From: the human T2T-CHM13v2.0 reference genome, Homo sapiens
Reading direction: 5' to 3' (one strand)
Length of the DNA stretch: 64,000 nucleotides
Assembly: GCF_009914755.1 (NCBI RefSeq)
Contig: NC_060925.1
Part shown: piece by piece, positions 12,026-24,510 of the stretch
How positions within the stretch are numbered: position 1 is the stretch's first letter
Layout of the letters: each line of letters begins with the position of its first letter
Notes under the pieces: model-generated
Told to the model about the DNA's origin: nothing
Database searches by the model: none
Seen by the model: the letters and a program-made list of their open reading frames with translations, nothing else
Program-made: the position numbers and the translations under genes

Positions 12026-13899
12026 TTCCCATTCATAATGGGGTTGTTTTTTCCTTGTTGATTTTCTTACATTTTTTATAGATTCTGCATATTAGACCTT
12101 TGTCAGATGCATATGTTACGAATATTCTCTCCCATTCTGTAGGTTGTGTGTTTACTGATAATTTCTTTTGCTGCACATAAGCTCTTTAGTTTGATCAGAT
12201 CCCACTTGTTGATTTTTGTTTTCCTAGCAATTGCTTTTGAGGACTTAGCCAAAATTCTTTGCCAAAGTCAATGTTGAGAGGGTATTTCCTAGGTCTTCTT
12301 CTAGGATTTTTATAGTTTGAGGACCTACATTTAAATCTTTAATCCTTTTTGAGTGACTTTTTGCATAAGTTGAAAGGTAGGGGTCCAATTACATTTTTCA
12401 GCATATGCTTAGCCAGTTATCTCAGCACAAGTATCATATAGGGAGTCCTTTCTCCACTGGTTGTTTTTGTCAGCCTTGTAGAAGATCAAATGGTTGTAGA
12501 CGTGTTGTAGGTGGTTTTATTTCTGAGTTCGCTATTCTGTTCCACATCAGTCTATATGTCTGTTTTTGTACCAGTACTACGCATTTTGGTTACTGTAGCC
12601 TTATGGCATACTTTGAAGTTGGGTAATGTGATTGATGCCTTTAGTTTTGTTCTTTTTGCTAAGAATTGTTTTGGCCATTTAGACTCTTTTTTGGCTTCAT
12701 AAGAATTTTAGAATAGTTTTTTTCTAATTCTGTGAGAAACAACATTGCTATTTTGATAAGAATAGCATTGAATCTGTAAGTTGCTTTGGGCAGTATGGCC
12801 ATGTTAACAATATTGATTCTTCCAATCCATGATCATGGGATATTTTTTCATTTATTTGTGTCATCTCTGACTTCTTTCAGCAGTGTTTTGTAACTCTCCT
12901 TGTAAGATATTTCACATCCTTGGTTAGCTGTATTCCCAAGCATTTTCCTTTTCTGATGGGATTGTGTTCTTAATTTGATGTTCAGCTTGAATATTATTGG
13001 TGCATAAAAATGCAACTGAGTTTTGTACATTGATTTTATATCCTGAACCTTTACCAATGTTGTTTACAGACATTTCTCAAAAGAATATTAAAGTGGCCAA
13101 AAACATATGAAAAATGCTTATCATCCCTAATCATCAGAGAAATGCAAATCAAAACCACAATAAGATACTATCTCACACCAGTCAGAATGGCTATTTTTAA
13201 AAAGTCAAAAAATAACAGATGCTGGCAAGGCTGTGGAGAAAATGGAATGCTCAAAGCTGGTGGTAGCAATGTAAATTAGTTCAGTCACTATGGAAAGCAG
13301 TTTGGAGATTTCTCAAAGAACTTAAAACAGAGCTACTGTTTGACCCAGAAATCACCTTACTGGGTATATACCTCAAGGAGAATCAATCATTCTATCAAAA
13401 AGATACATGCATTCATATGTTCATCACAGTGTTATTTACAATAGCAAACACATGGAATCAACCCAGGTCCCTATCAATGGTGGATTGGATAAAGAAAATG
13501 TGGTATATGTAAACCATGGAATAGTACAGAGCCATAAAAAAGAATGAAATAATGTTCGTTGCAGCAACATGGATGTGGCTAGAGGCCATTATCCTAAGTG
13601 AATCAATGCAGTAACAGAAAAACAAATACAACATATTTTCACTTATAAGTTGAGTGCACATTGAGTGCATGTGGACATAAAAATGAGAACAATAGTCCCA
13701 GTGGACTCCTAGATCAGGGAAGGAGCAAGGAGCACAGGGGTTGAAAACCTACCTATTGGGTACTAGGCTTGCTACCTAGGTGACAAGATGCATGCCCCAA
13801 ACCTCAGCATCACATAATATACCCATGTAACAAACCTGTCCATGTACCCCCTGTACCTAAAATAAAAGTTAAAATTATTTTAAAAAGCGAAAATAAAAA
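12026..13899 (+). mobile_element. 5'-inverted (twin-primed) L1, L1PB/late L1PA-like: inverted ORF2 segment 12026-13065 (-) joined to sense 3' end 13066-13899 (+)
   Basis: Minus-strand ORF2 peptide (YKESYKTLLKEVRDDTNK); sense 3' end with acccatgtaacaaacctg...ctaaaataaaagtt; TSD taaaacctccatatt (12011-12025) / taaaacccctatatt (13900-13914). Confidence 0.9.
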
Positions 13900-15809
13900 T
13901 AAAACCCCTATATTGTAAGTGCTAAGTGCCTAGCACATAGCATGTTTAATAATGCTGATCAGGCAAACGAATGAATCAATGAATCAGTATAAAATCCCAC
14001 AGGAAACAGAGAAAGGCACCTTGCCCATTGGTAGTGGCAACAGAGCAGGGGCACTAAGCAGCCATGGATCTCTGTAAGTTTACCATGCTCTAAGAGGAAG
14101 GGAGAGAGTGGCAAACATATGAAAAGCAGGTGATAGGAAATTAAAGACAAATCTTATCTAGCGTTAGCTCTGATTATCAAGTTGGTGGTGACTTTAGCAC
14201 CATCTACCCCCAGTCAAATTCATTTCTATCTAGGGAATAAATGGAGGGAAAGAAGGATGGAAAGCTGAAAAGAAAAGCCTCCAGGTCTCCACCCATGCTT
14301 CTATCAAAGGAGATCATTACTATCTGAATTTGTGTTAAGATAGCTATATTTTCACTTTAAAATATTTTCTGTGATAAACAAATAAACAGTGTATGAATAA
14401 TTTTGAATACTCACATTCATTATGCCAATACGTTTTAACCACATTACTTCCTAATTGATCTTATAGGACATCTCCTCTGGAATCTTTCATTGACCTAGAG
14501 CTTTAGCACCCTGTGTTTATTCACCTCATGAGACCAACCACATATCGGTTTTAGAAGGGTCACCGAGGACTTTATTATTCATTATTTTACTCCCAGGAAT
14601 AGATTAGGTTATCGGTAAATACATATTGTATGATTAAATGAAATATTGGAGTTACTAAAACACAATACGCAACAAACTCAGTATTGTAAATGTACCTTGG
14701 AACTCTTAATTAGTTGAACAAGGCATAATGTATATTTGCCAACTTGCTATAGATTTCATTACCTTGTGATACCACATTGAAATGTAGATATGTTAAGAAA
14801 TTTACCAAATAATAAGTGACAGGTTATACACCTACCACTCTGTTCATGAGACCCTATTACTTAATAAAAAGCAGCAGAAAGGCCAATATGACAATTTTTT
14901 TAGTTCAAAGAATTATCAAGTTCAGCCTCTACTTGATAATAAAAACTAATTAAAATTCATTTCTCTAATTTCAAAGTGTTCAAAATTTCCTTAACCACTA
15001 TACTTAAAACTTTTTGGTTTTATCATTGTTTTACATATATAAATGCTTCAGCTATCTGGGTTCTGACTTTCCACGGGATAGTAACTGGGCACCTTTTACT
15101 TTCTGCTCTTTATTAATTTAGGCATTTTCCTTCCCATTAAGTGAGAATAAAAGGCAGAGGAAGTGAAGTTTAAATGAGATGCTTTTGTTATTTGATTATA
15201 ATGCCAATAAATAAATTTGGTATGGGTTGAAGTTGAGAAATATTGCTAACTGCAGTTTTTTGATTATCTATGGATTTCAATTATCCAGGAATCCTTCTTC
15301 TTTGTTGGAATAAATAAATGCAAATTAATGTAACCATTTTGAATAGAATTTAAAACCCACCATGCACAACTTCATTATCTGGAACTGGACTTTCATTTTG
15401 AAAGACTGAAGGGAATTTAGGAGATTACATTATTGTTATTTTTCCATTTCTTTGAAAAAGCTGACATAAAGTGTTTCAAGCATCAAGAAAACAATAAATC
15501 AGAAAGATTGTCAGTTAGTCTCTTTTTAGTACTCTATTGATTGTAAGACTTATATTCTATTATATTCTTGAAACTTAGTGGCTATGATTCTTGAAAAACA
15601 TTTTAAGACATAAGAATATATAAGACATAAAAGTTTCATTCTTGTATATTACATGCATATGCTATTGCAACAGTAATAAAAGAAATTTATAAACTCAAAT
15701 TATTAAATACGAAAATATTCCACAAAATTTTGCTGTCTTCGTGAATAGATGTTCAATATTAACATGTGGCCTCAGGTGGTCATGATTAAATTAATACTGT
15801 TACATGGGC

Positions 15810-16000
15810 CAGGGACTTTGATCTTGACCTTCAGCAAGTTACTTTACCTCTTTTTCCTTCAGAATAAAAAAGGTCTCAGTTTCCTTCAGAATAAAAAAGC
15901 ACTTGTAGTAATGATATATAAATAAATTAAAATATGAATATAAATTAAATATATAAGTATACGGATACATGACCTGCACATAGCTAACTAAATAATAGTT
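15810..16000 (+). mobile_element. Degenerate MIR fragment
   Basis: tgaccttcagcaagttactttacctct...ctcagtttccttc resembles the MIR core. Confidence 0.55.
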
Positions 16001-16009
16001 GAACTATGG

Positions 16010-16500
16010 TTGTTAATACCATCTTTGACTTCTTTCCTTTCCCTCATCCTATATCAAATCAGTTGAAAAATCATCCGAAGGTGTCAATTTCTGTAGTGTC
16101 TCTCAAATTTGTTTAGTCTTCTTTTCCATTCCACTATTGTTACCTAAGACTACAGTACCACCACCTTGTCTATTTTAAGAGTCTCATAACTGTTATTCTC
16201 TCCAATCTTTCCTCCTTTAGTCCAACCACAGGTCCTGCAAGAGAATTATTTTAAGAAGAGAGTTGATCATGTGTCTCCTCATGGAAGAAAAGATTTAATA
16301 CTTCATCATTTATTATTCAAATCAGAACCTGACTGACCTTAGCATTTGGTCACAATGTGCTGTAATCCACATTTCCAGCATCCTCACGATCGCCTATACC
16401 TCCTGTACATCTTCTTCCCTTCATGCATCACCCCAAAATACATCCTAAAACATATCACTTGCTTGATGAAAACCTCTGAATTTCCCCAATCCACAACCTT
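16010..16500 (+). mobile_element. L2 fragment
   Basis: catctttgacttctttcctttccctcatcctatatcaaatcag resembles L2 3'-region consensus. Confidence 0.55.
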
Positions 16501-16526
16501 GGTTTGACCTTAAAATTCTTCCTTCT

Positions 16527-16803
16527 GGCTGGGTACGGTGGCTTACACCTGTAATCCCAGCATTTTGGGATGCTGAGGCAGGAGGATCACTTGAGCCCAG
16601 GAGTTTGAAACAAGCCTGGGCAACATGGTAAGACTCCATTTCTACAAAAAAATTTAAAAATTAGCCAGGCCTGGTGGTATGTGCCTCTAGTCCCAGCTAC
16701 TTGGGAGGCTGAGGTGGGAGAATTGCTTGAGCCTAGGGAGTTGAGGTTACAGTAAGACATGTTCATGCCACTATACTCCATGTCTCAAAAAAATAAAATA
16801 AAA
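16527..16803 (+). mobile_element. Alu (AluJ-like) with a ~20-nt deletion near the 3' end
   Basis: Dimeric Alu with J-type ggaggatcacttgagcccaggag; TSD taaaattcttccttct (16511-16526) / taaaatccctccttct (16804-16819). Confidence 0.95.
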
Positions 16804-17685
16804 TAAAATCCCTCCTTCTATTTATGGTGCAGCTAGAAATACCCCATAAAGAGACACCAGATTCTGAGTTCTAGTGTATTATGATATTTCCCCAGACACT
16901 GACTTATATTCATCTTCCAGAATTCCTATCCTGCATTCCGGTGTGCCCCTCACTTGGTAAAGCACTACATCAAAGCTGCCTTTTGCTTATCTGAGGATTC
17001 CTTGGACTGACACTTTACTATGACTGCATGTTTGATTTTCCAATACAGTTCTGACATATAACAAGGGCTTTTAGATTCATTAGTAACACTCTAGAAAGAT
17101 CCTCATACCAGAAGGACCCATCAGCTCTAGAATGACAGCCTGAACAAACCACCCAAGCCTACTTCATACAAGAAGGAATTAGACCAATCCATTAATCTCT
17201 TCCCTCCTTTATTCTAACTAATGTGTGTCTCAGATTTTCATCTCTCTCAAGAAGCATTTCACAGCTCCCTTAGAGTATTCTTTTTCTCCCCCACAATCCA
17301 GTTGAATGTTGCTTTTTTTCTATAACTTAGGTCACATATTAATTTTTCATATTTTTTATATTAATGTCTTTTACTCTCACTATAACATAGGCTTTTAGAT
17401 AAAATATCTATTTTAGTTTTCATGATACTTAAACCAGAGTATTCTTCATAGCAAATATTCAATAAATACATGATAAGTTGAACTGATGTAATAAGACTAT
17501 CACTCAATATTTATAAAACAATTTTGAAAACAAAACTATAGATACATGGATACATGGAAGAGCAAGTAATAATATCAATGTCCAATTATAGTTAAAAATT
17601 GAGAAATTAATAGAAATCAAGTTATTACCATAAATATGCATCTTTTCTCTCCCAAACCAAAATAACCTTATTGTTCATAAGACAG

Positions 17686-18095
17686 TGTATTACTCAGGGT
17701 TTTCTAGAGGAACAGAACTAATCAGATATATGTAGGAGTTTAACTTACACGATCACAAGGTCCCACAATAGGCTTTCTGCAAGGAGGAGAGCCAGTCTGA
17801 GTCCCAAAAAGGAAGAACTTGGAGTCTGATATTCAAGGGCGGGAAGCACCCAGCATGAGAGAAAGATGTAAGATGAGAGGCTAGGCTAGTCTCTACTTTT
17901 CATGTTTTCCTGCTTGCGTTATATTTGCTGGCAGCTGATTAGAATGTGCCCACCAGATTAAGGGTAGATCTACTTTCCCTAGCCCACTGACTCAAATGTT
18001 AATCTCTTTTGGCAACACTCTGGCAAACACACAGAGGATCCAATACTTTGTATCCTTCAATCCAATCAAGTTGACACTCAGCATTAACCATCACA
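17686..18095 (-). mobile_element. Solo LTR MLT2A (HERV-L LTR)
   Basis: Reverse complement begins TGTGATGGTTAATGCTGAGTGTCAACTTGATTGGATTGAAGGATACAAAGTATTG; TG...CA ends; 5-bp TSD gacag/gaaag. Confidence 0.9.
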
Positions 18096-18099
18096 GAAA

Positions 18100-18490
18100 G
18101 AAATGGTTAAAATAAAGGAAATATGGTCACACTGCAGAACACTATGCACATGTTAGAAAGAAGAGGTAGAACTAAATATGTTAAAATTGAAGTGTCTCTG
18201 AAACATATGGTTGAATTTAAAGTTGTTTCAAAATGACAAAAACTGTATTACATCACTTATATATTAAGACTATAAAATTTAGTATCCTGGACCTGACACT
18301 AAATATTCTCTAAGAGTACATATATACATATGCAAAGACACAGTGAAAGGTCTAGAAGAATAAGCAACACACGGAGAGGTCACTAATTACCTTTGAGGAA
18401 AATCAAGGAGAAGTAGACTGGGATTGGGATGGTGGTCATTAAACTGAACTTTAGCATTTTTTTCTACTTATATAATGTTTCATTTAAAAA
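18100..18490 (+). mobile_element. Very old L1 (L1ME-like) 3' fragment
   Basis: aaatggttaaaataaagg...tatggtcacactgcagaacactatgcac resembles L1ME 3' ends. Confidence 0.5.
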
Positions 18491-18504
18491 CAGAAATCTC
18501 CAAG

Positions 18505-18620
18505 TCCAATGCCAGAGTTCAAATTCTCTCTCTGCCATTTACTACTTGTGTGAATTTTGCAATATATTACCCTCTGCTGCTCATCTACAAAATGTTTATA
18601 ATACACCTACCTAATAGGCA
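18505..18620 (+). mobile_element. MIR fragment
   Basis: agttcaaattctctctctgccatttactacttgtgtgaattttgcaa...ctcatctacaaaatg. Confidence 0.65.
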
Positions 18621-19459
18621 GGGCTGGCTTCTTGGTCATTCAAATAATTTGTAAAATTACAATCCTGATGTTAAAAAGCAGAATATTTAGACAGAAAACA
18701 TACAGTCCCACTCCCCAAATATATGTTTTACATTTCCATATTATACCATATTTCATATTATAGCTGAGAAGTTTATATATACTATATATCATGATCTGAA
18801 AATGAAAATTAACTCTATCAATTTAAAGATGTATATGTAGTTTAGTCATTGAATTTAGTATGTCCTCATAGGTTAGAACATATTTCAGACAAGACTAAAT
18901 ATCTCTGAGATCCTCAAATGTAAAATTCAAAGCAAATTTAATAAACTATTTTTCTTTCTGCTAGAATAATTACATTGAACACTTCTTGTCATACATGATT
19001 ACATCAACTGCCTATCCCTGGCTACATTTTTTCTTATGAAAGAGTTCTTCTCAACAGTTGCAAATTTATTTTCATTATTATTGACCTTTCAGGTTGTTAT
19101 TGACCAACTCAAAAAAGTTCTGACCATATGGCAAAATGATTTCCTAGAGTCTAAATGCAGAAGTCGAGGTGGCAGAACTTGCTCAAATGATAAATCCAAA
19201 ACAAATCCAAGATCATATCTAAATAAGTCTTGAAAATCTGCTTATTGCTATGTAAAGAAAACAGAAGAATTACTGCATTAACTCAAGAACTCTGCTACTT
19301 TATTTTACATTTCTAGTTTACTTAAAAATGGATCTGATGGAATATAGGTCTTGTTTTGCTCAGACAACTAAATGCCTTAACAATTTCTAGTCCCTATCCA
19401 TTTTTTGTTTGCTTTCCTTAATGTTCTTGTTATTCCTAAGAAAACTCACAATTGAAAAT

Positions 19460-19640
19460 ATTTTTGTTCAGCATTGTCACCCAACATTTTCTGAGTATAT
19501 AATATGAGACAGGAATTGTGCTAGGTACTGTCAATATACGTGGAAATAATTGACACTCTTTGCCATTATCAAACTCACAATCTAGAACAAAAAACAATCA
19601 AGCAGACAAATTATTATTTTTCTTAGAATTTATTTGCTAG
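19460..19640 (-). mobile_element. L2 3' end fragment
   Basis: caacattttctgagtatataatatgagacaggaattgtgctaggtactg...ctcacaatctag. Confidence 0.6.
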
Positions 19641-21069
19641 AACAAAGGCTCATATGTTATAGCCACTCATACAAACCAGTCCTTTGAAAGCAATTACATT
19701 AAGCCCTAAGCATATTATTTTGAGGAAAACAATGGCAAATTTAACCCAAACAATACTAATGATTATATATACTAATTATTTATTATCAGTGACTTTTTTC
19801 AATGTCTATTTTTTTCTGGCTAATATTATTTTTAAATTTTTTCTGTAAGTTGATTTATATCTGTAGCCTGAAAATTCCTCCAAAATTTATGGCAACTATA
19901 TCACAGTGAGAGAATCAATTCCCAACATGATTTCCTTTTAGGCTCTGACTTATCTTAGATCAGGAGACTTGGATAGATCTTAATTAGCATAAGGCTTTTT
20001 GTCAAGCAGCCACAGGATATCTCTAGCTCAAAACCTTAGCATTTAGAAAGCATTTAAGGATCTATGAGGATTACTGTCCTGTGGACACCTGTTATAAATC
20101 TGAGTAAGAGCCTGGAAACATTACTTTCCAAGTGTTTCTATTTGATATAATCAGGCCTGACCACCAGCTTGTGTTTCTGCCAAGTCTATTATGTATAATT
20201 TTTAGTTGATGTAATTCTCTTAAAGCCAAATCAGAGTGCTGTGCTGTAAATAAAGCTCACTCTTCTTCACAGCATGCAACTGTGTGATTACTCCTACTAA
20301 CTTTCTCTACCCCAGCCAAATCATGCATATCACCAAGGAGGTGCCAGTGTAAAAGGAAAAGAATAGAGCATTCCTAAACTGTAATGATGTGTACTTTATC
20401 AGCCATTGACATGCACAATGAAAGAGGAAGTAATTGCCTGACGGTGTCAGGTGACCTTCGAGTTTTACATAGAAAAGAATTCAGAGGCAATAATACTTAA
20501 CAAGTAAAAGTGACATTTTTCAATGTCACAGCTGGATCAGAGCAACCTACTATTTAGTCTACTATTTTCATGTGAACACGGAGTACTTGTGTCAGCTTTT
20601 TCATCTTGTTACCAATTTGACTTCATTATTTGGACTTTTCTAAGGCTGTAAATAAACGCTAAGGTTACTAATTTCAAGCAAATGATTCTGGTCTTGAGTA
20701 TTTTCAGTCTTTTCCTTCTCTGAGCCTCTGTATTGTCTACACCTTGAATCACTCAATCCAGCACTTAAATTAAAGATAAGCCTTTAACTGTTCTTGGAGA
20801 TAAAACAGAATCTTCCCTCTTTGTGGTAACACTGACTAACCTAGAGAGTCCTGGCACATAGTAGGTTTTTGAAGAATGCTTTTGGTCTGATTCAATCTCT
20901 TAGTTCCTGACCCCATTACACTCACTACTCAAATGGTTACAGAATATTCTAGCAGAAAGAGAATGCAGCCAAGTTTACTGAGGAGAATGAAGTGATTTTC
21001 AAAGGAACAGCTAGTTCTCAGCAGAAAAAAAAGAAACTCAGAATCTTAAGATAATTTCCTTTCTGCTTC

Positions 21070-21692
21070 CACAGGCCGCGGACCATTACCATACTTGGCC
21101 TTTTTTTTCTTTTTTTTCGAGGCAGGGTCTCGCTCTTGTCGCCCAGGCTGGAGTGCCGTGCGCGATCTCCACTCACTGCAACCTCTGCCTCCTGAGTTCA
21201 AGAGATTCTCTTGCCTCAACCTCCCAAGTAGCTGGGATTACAGCCACATACTACCACGCCTGGCTAATTTTTGTATTTTTAAAGTAGAGACGGGGTTTCA
21301 CCATGTTGGCCAGGATGGTCTCCAACTCTTGACCTCAGGTGCTCCTCCCGCCTTGGCCTCCCAAAGTGCTGGGATTGCAGGCGTGAGCCGCCGCCCCCGG
21401 GCCATACCTGGCCTTTTTAGTAACCAGGCCACACAGCAGGAGATGAGTGGCAGGCAAGGGAGCATCACTGCCTGAGCTCCGCCTCCTGTCGGATCAGCCA
21501 GGGCATTAGATTCTCATAGGAGCACGAACCCTATTGTGAACTGCGCATGCGAGGGATCTAACTTGCGCGCTTCTTATGAGAGTCTAACGTCTGATGATCT
21601 AATATGCCTGATGATCACCCCCCACCTCCTCTGGAAGAAAAATTGTCTTCCGCAAAACCGATCCCTGGTGCCAAAAAGGTTAGGGATCACTG
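21070..21692 (+). mobile_element. MER1B (hAT-Charlie MITE), split by an Alu; left terminus eroded
   Basis: gcctgagctccgcctcctgtcggatcag...gcattagattctcataggagcacgaaccctattgtgaactgcgcatgcgagggatct...ccctggtgccaaaaaggttagggatcactg. Confidence 0.92.
21106..21403 (-). mobile_element. Alu (AluS, Sx/Sz-like) nested in MER1B
   Basis: Full antisense dimer with poly-T; TSD atacttggccttttt (21091-21105) / atacctggccttttt (21404-21418). Confidence 0.96.
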
Positions 21693-24309
21693 ACCTAGGG
21701 GACGTTGTAAATTTTGATGCAAAATTTGGAGATAGTCTGTGAATACCTGAAAGTATCTCCGAATATCTAAATATTCCAAGTAAATGATTCTAATAAATTA
21801 GAAGAAAATGTAATAAATGTTTTCCAACCTCATGAGAAATTGAAGGAGAAGACAAAGCATTCAAGACCACATTCAAAAAAATATCTGCTTCTGAATTAGG
21901 AAATGCCAGTGGCCCGGTACTCAAAATTTGCACAGAAAACTGTGCTAAGCTAGTGATTAAAGAAATAGTATTCTGAGTCTTAAGGACTTAAAGTAGGAAT
22001 TGGACAGCCATCCAAAAGTAAAGTAAAACAAATAAAAATTCTCATGGGTTTATACAATTGCATCCAATCCCAAATAGCCCTTGTTAAAATATAATTTACC
22101 TTAGGTTACCACTCAAGGAAAACCAAACAGTTCTATTTTCTCCCCTATGTGATTGCCAGCTGAGTTATAAGAATGTTTTATAGCACTTTAAGTCCTAGAC
22201 AAAGGATCACCATGAATTCTTCTCTGCCCTTTCTTTCTTGGCAAATATCTTTTACCACTAAAACCAATGTGGTTTCCACTCAATCCCTTAGGCCACTGAC
22301 TACTACCCTCTTAAAGGTAACTGTAGCAGCCATTAGACCGCTTTGACAAGAGATAGTAATTCACCTCAATATACCTTTCAAATTTGTTAAATAAATGAGA
22401 GTAACGTGGGTGTCCCATTTGCTACTGTTCACTCCTAACTGAAAGAGCTGTGAAAAGTTAAAGTAGAGATACAGCAATTGCATGACCACCTGCTGTTCTT
22501 TGTGACAGCTGCCACTGCCCCTTGACACAAAATGTCATAGCATTGTCACCTAATAACTAGGCAATCCAAAAATCTGGGGGTATCTTAATGAATGTACTAC
22601 AGTGTACATTGGTCTGAGGATTTATGCTGTCATTCTGGTACCAGGAGTAAAGGCTAATAACCTCAGCTTCCAAATGAATATTTGCAAAACTCTCAAGCCA
22701 AGATGGTGTAACTGCATTTGTGAAAATAGTTGCCTTTTCCAGCATCAGGCATGGCTTAGTTTTGTAATTTTAGGCTTAAATTAAAACAAAATATTGTTCT
22801 TAGGATTACATGTATGAAGAAAGGAAGCTTTAGCTTCTCACAGGGGAATTATCTATATATTTTTGGAGTCCTGTTTAAATCTATCATCAAGATCCTTTCT
22901 TTTATAACTACCTAATGATCTATTATTCAAGCCAAAATATTGTAGGTTTTATGGTTTTCACTTATTATTCAGAGCAACTGTCTCATGACTATGTAACATC
23001 TCATATCCCACTCAGTGTCTCCAGCCTAAGAAAAGTTGGATATGTTTTTCTCTCTTATTTGAGTTGTGAGATTCAAATAAATGTGAATCAGATAAAAACT
23101 TAACCCTTTTACAAGATTAGCTATTATGGCCTGCTGACCGGCTGATTAAAAACAGAAACTATTTAATGAGAAATTAAGTTTTAAATGGAAAGCAGAGCCA
23201 TACACAGCAGCCTCATCAGGAGTAAATACAGGTTGTAGGCACAAATATAAGACATAATACTTTCTGCTCCCATGGGGCTCTTCTTTGACAGGCAGAGCCA
23301 CCAAAAAAAGGAAAGTAAAATTCTCATTATCATCCCAAGGACACAAAACGGTAACTGAATTGAGTAGGAGAAAATAATTGGGTTAGAATTTATTCTTATA
23401 ATATGGGAATGGAGCTTTTCCTAGTTTTTGTTTAAATTTTTCCTATTTTTAGTTTATGATTCCAATTAATGCTGCTGTTGATTTAGTCTATGCTTTTATC
23501 TTTTATGCAAAACTTCCAATGAATAAGCTAAAGGGAAACTTGCAAAATCCATAAATACTCTAACATGACTAGACTTGTCCCCTGTACCTTTAGAGATCAG
23601 AATTTGAAGATAGATACCAAAGGATCTTGTGATGATGTATTGGATTAATTCACTAGCCTCTCACTTCTTTAGTTTCTGAGAGACCAAATCTTTAAAGCTG
23701 ACATATGGGAGAGTGGTGATATATTGGATTAATTCTATATCCCCTTACTTTCATTTTAGGTCCCACGTGTTTCAATGGACATTTGTCTCCATCATAGCCA
23801 CATCACACCACAGATTTGATTTTTCAGTTCATTTGGTCAAATGCCACTCAAAACAAGAAATGCTAAAGGAGAAGAAGAGTCCAGTTCAAGATCTGCATTT
23901 CATTTCTGATGTTGGCCCAACAACTTTTTCCTTCCAGTTTCTCGGAAGCCTGCCTCCGTAGTTCTCTTTTCCCCCAGTTCGCCCAAGAATTTAAAGTGAG
24001 AATTCAGAATATTCTTTCCCCTTTTCCCCTACTAATGATTCAACAGGTAGTATGAATTTTCCATATTCTGTTTAATGCTAGGCATCAGATTTTCAGAGTT
24101 TCTAGCCTCATTTCCTCTGAAACCATTATTTTTGCTGTGTAGTATCTCTGTCTAAGGTTGTATTTTAAAAGATTCCCAAGTCCTTTGTACTATGACAAGC
24201 ATGGAATATAACTTTACTATTGACAAAGAACAAAGAGAGATCAGAAATAAAAACACTGGGAACTGTACACAAGCTCTGTAACCTCCTTTCTTGAGACATT
24301 CTGAAACTT

Positions 24310-24510
24310 GCTATAAAGCAATTTATATGAAAGCATTCTCATGTACAATATTTCACACAATCCCCATATTAATACGAAGTGAAGTCATCAATCTCCACTT
24401 AAATTTACATGTTAAGAGACTAGCCTTTGACATGTAAAGTAACTCACCCAAGGTCACGTAGCTAGTAAATGGCAAAATGGAGATTTTTAACTAGGTTTAA
24501 TAAATCCAAA
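24310..24510 (-). mobile_element. MIR fragment
   Basis: aagtaactcacccaaggtcacgtagctagtaaatggcaaaatgg (reversed MIR core). Confidence 0.75.

Noticed and set aside
14912-14940. Hairpin attatcaagt-N9-acttgataat
   Set aside because: A 10-bp AT-rich stem with free loop length is expected by chance in 64 kb; too short for a pre-miRNA
21095-21475. 126-aa ORF, and similar ORFs at 16.4-16.8, 44.9-45.2 and 56.3-56.6 kb
   Set aside because: Typical Alu-derived translations
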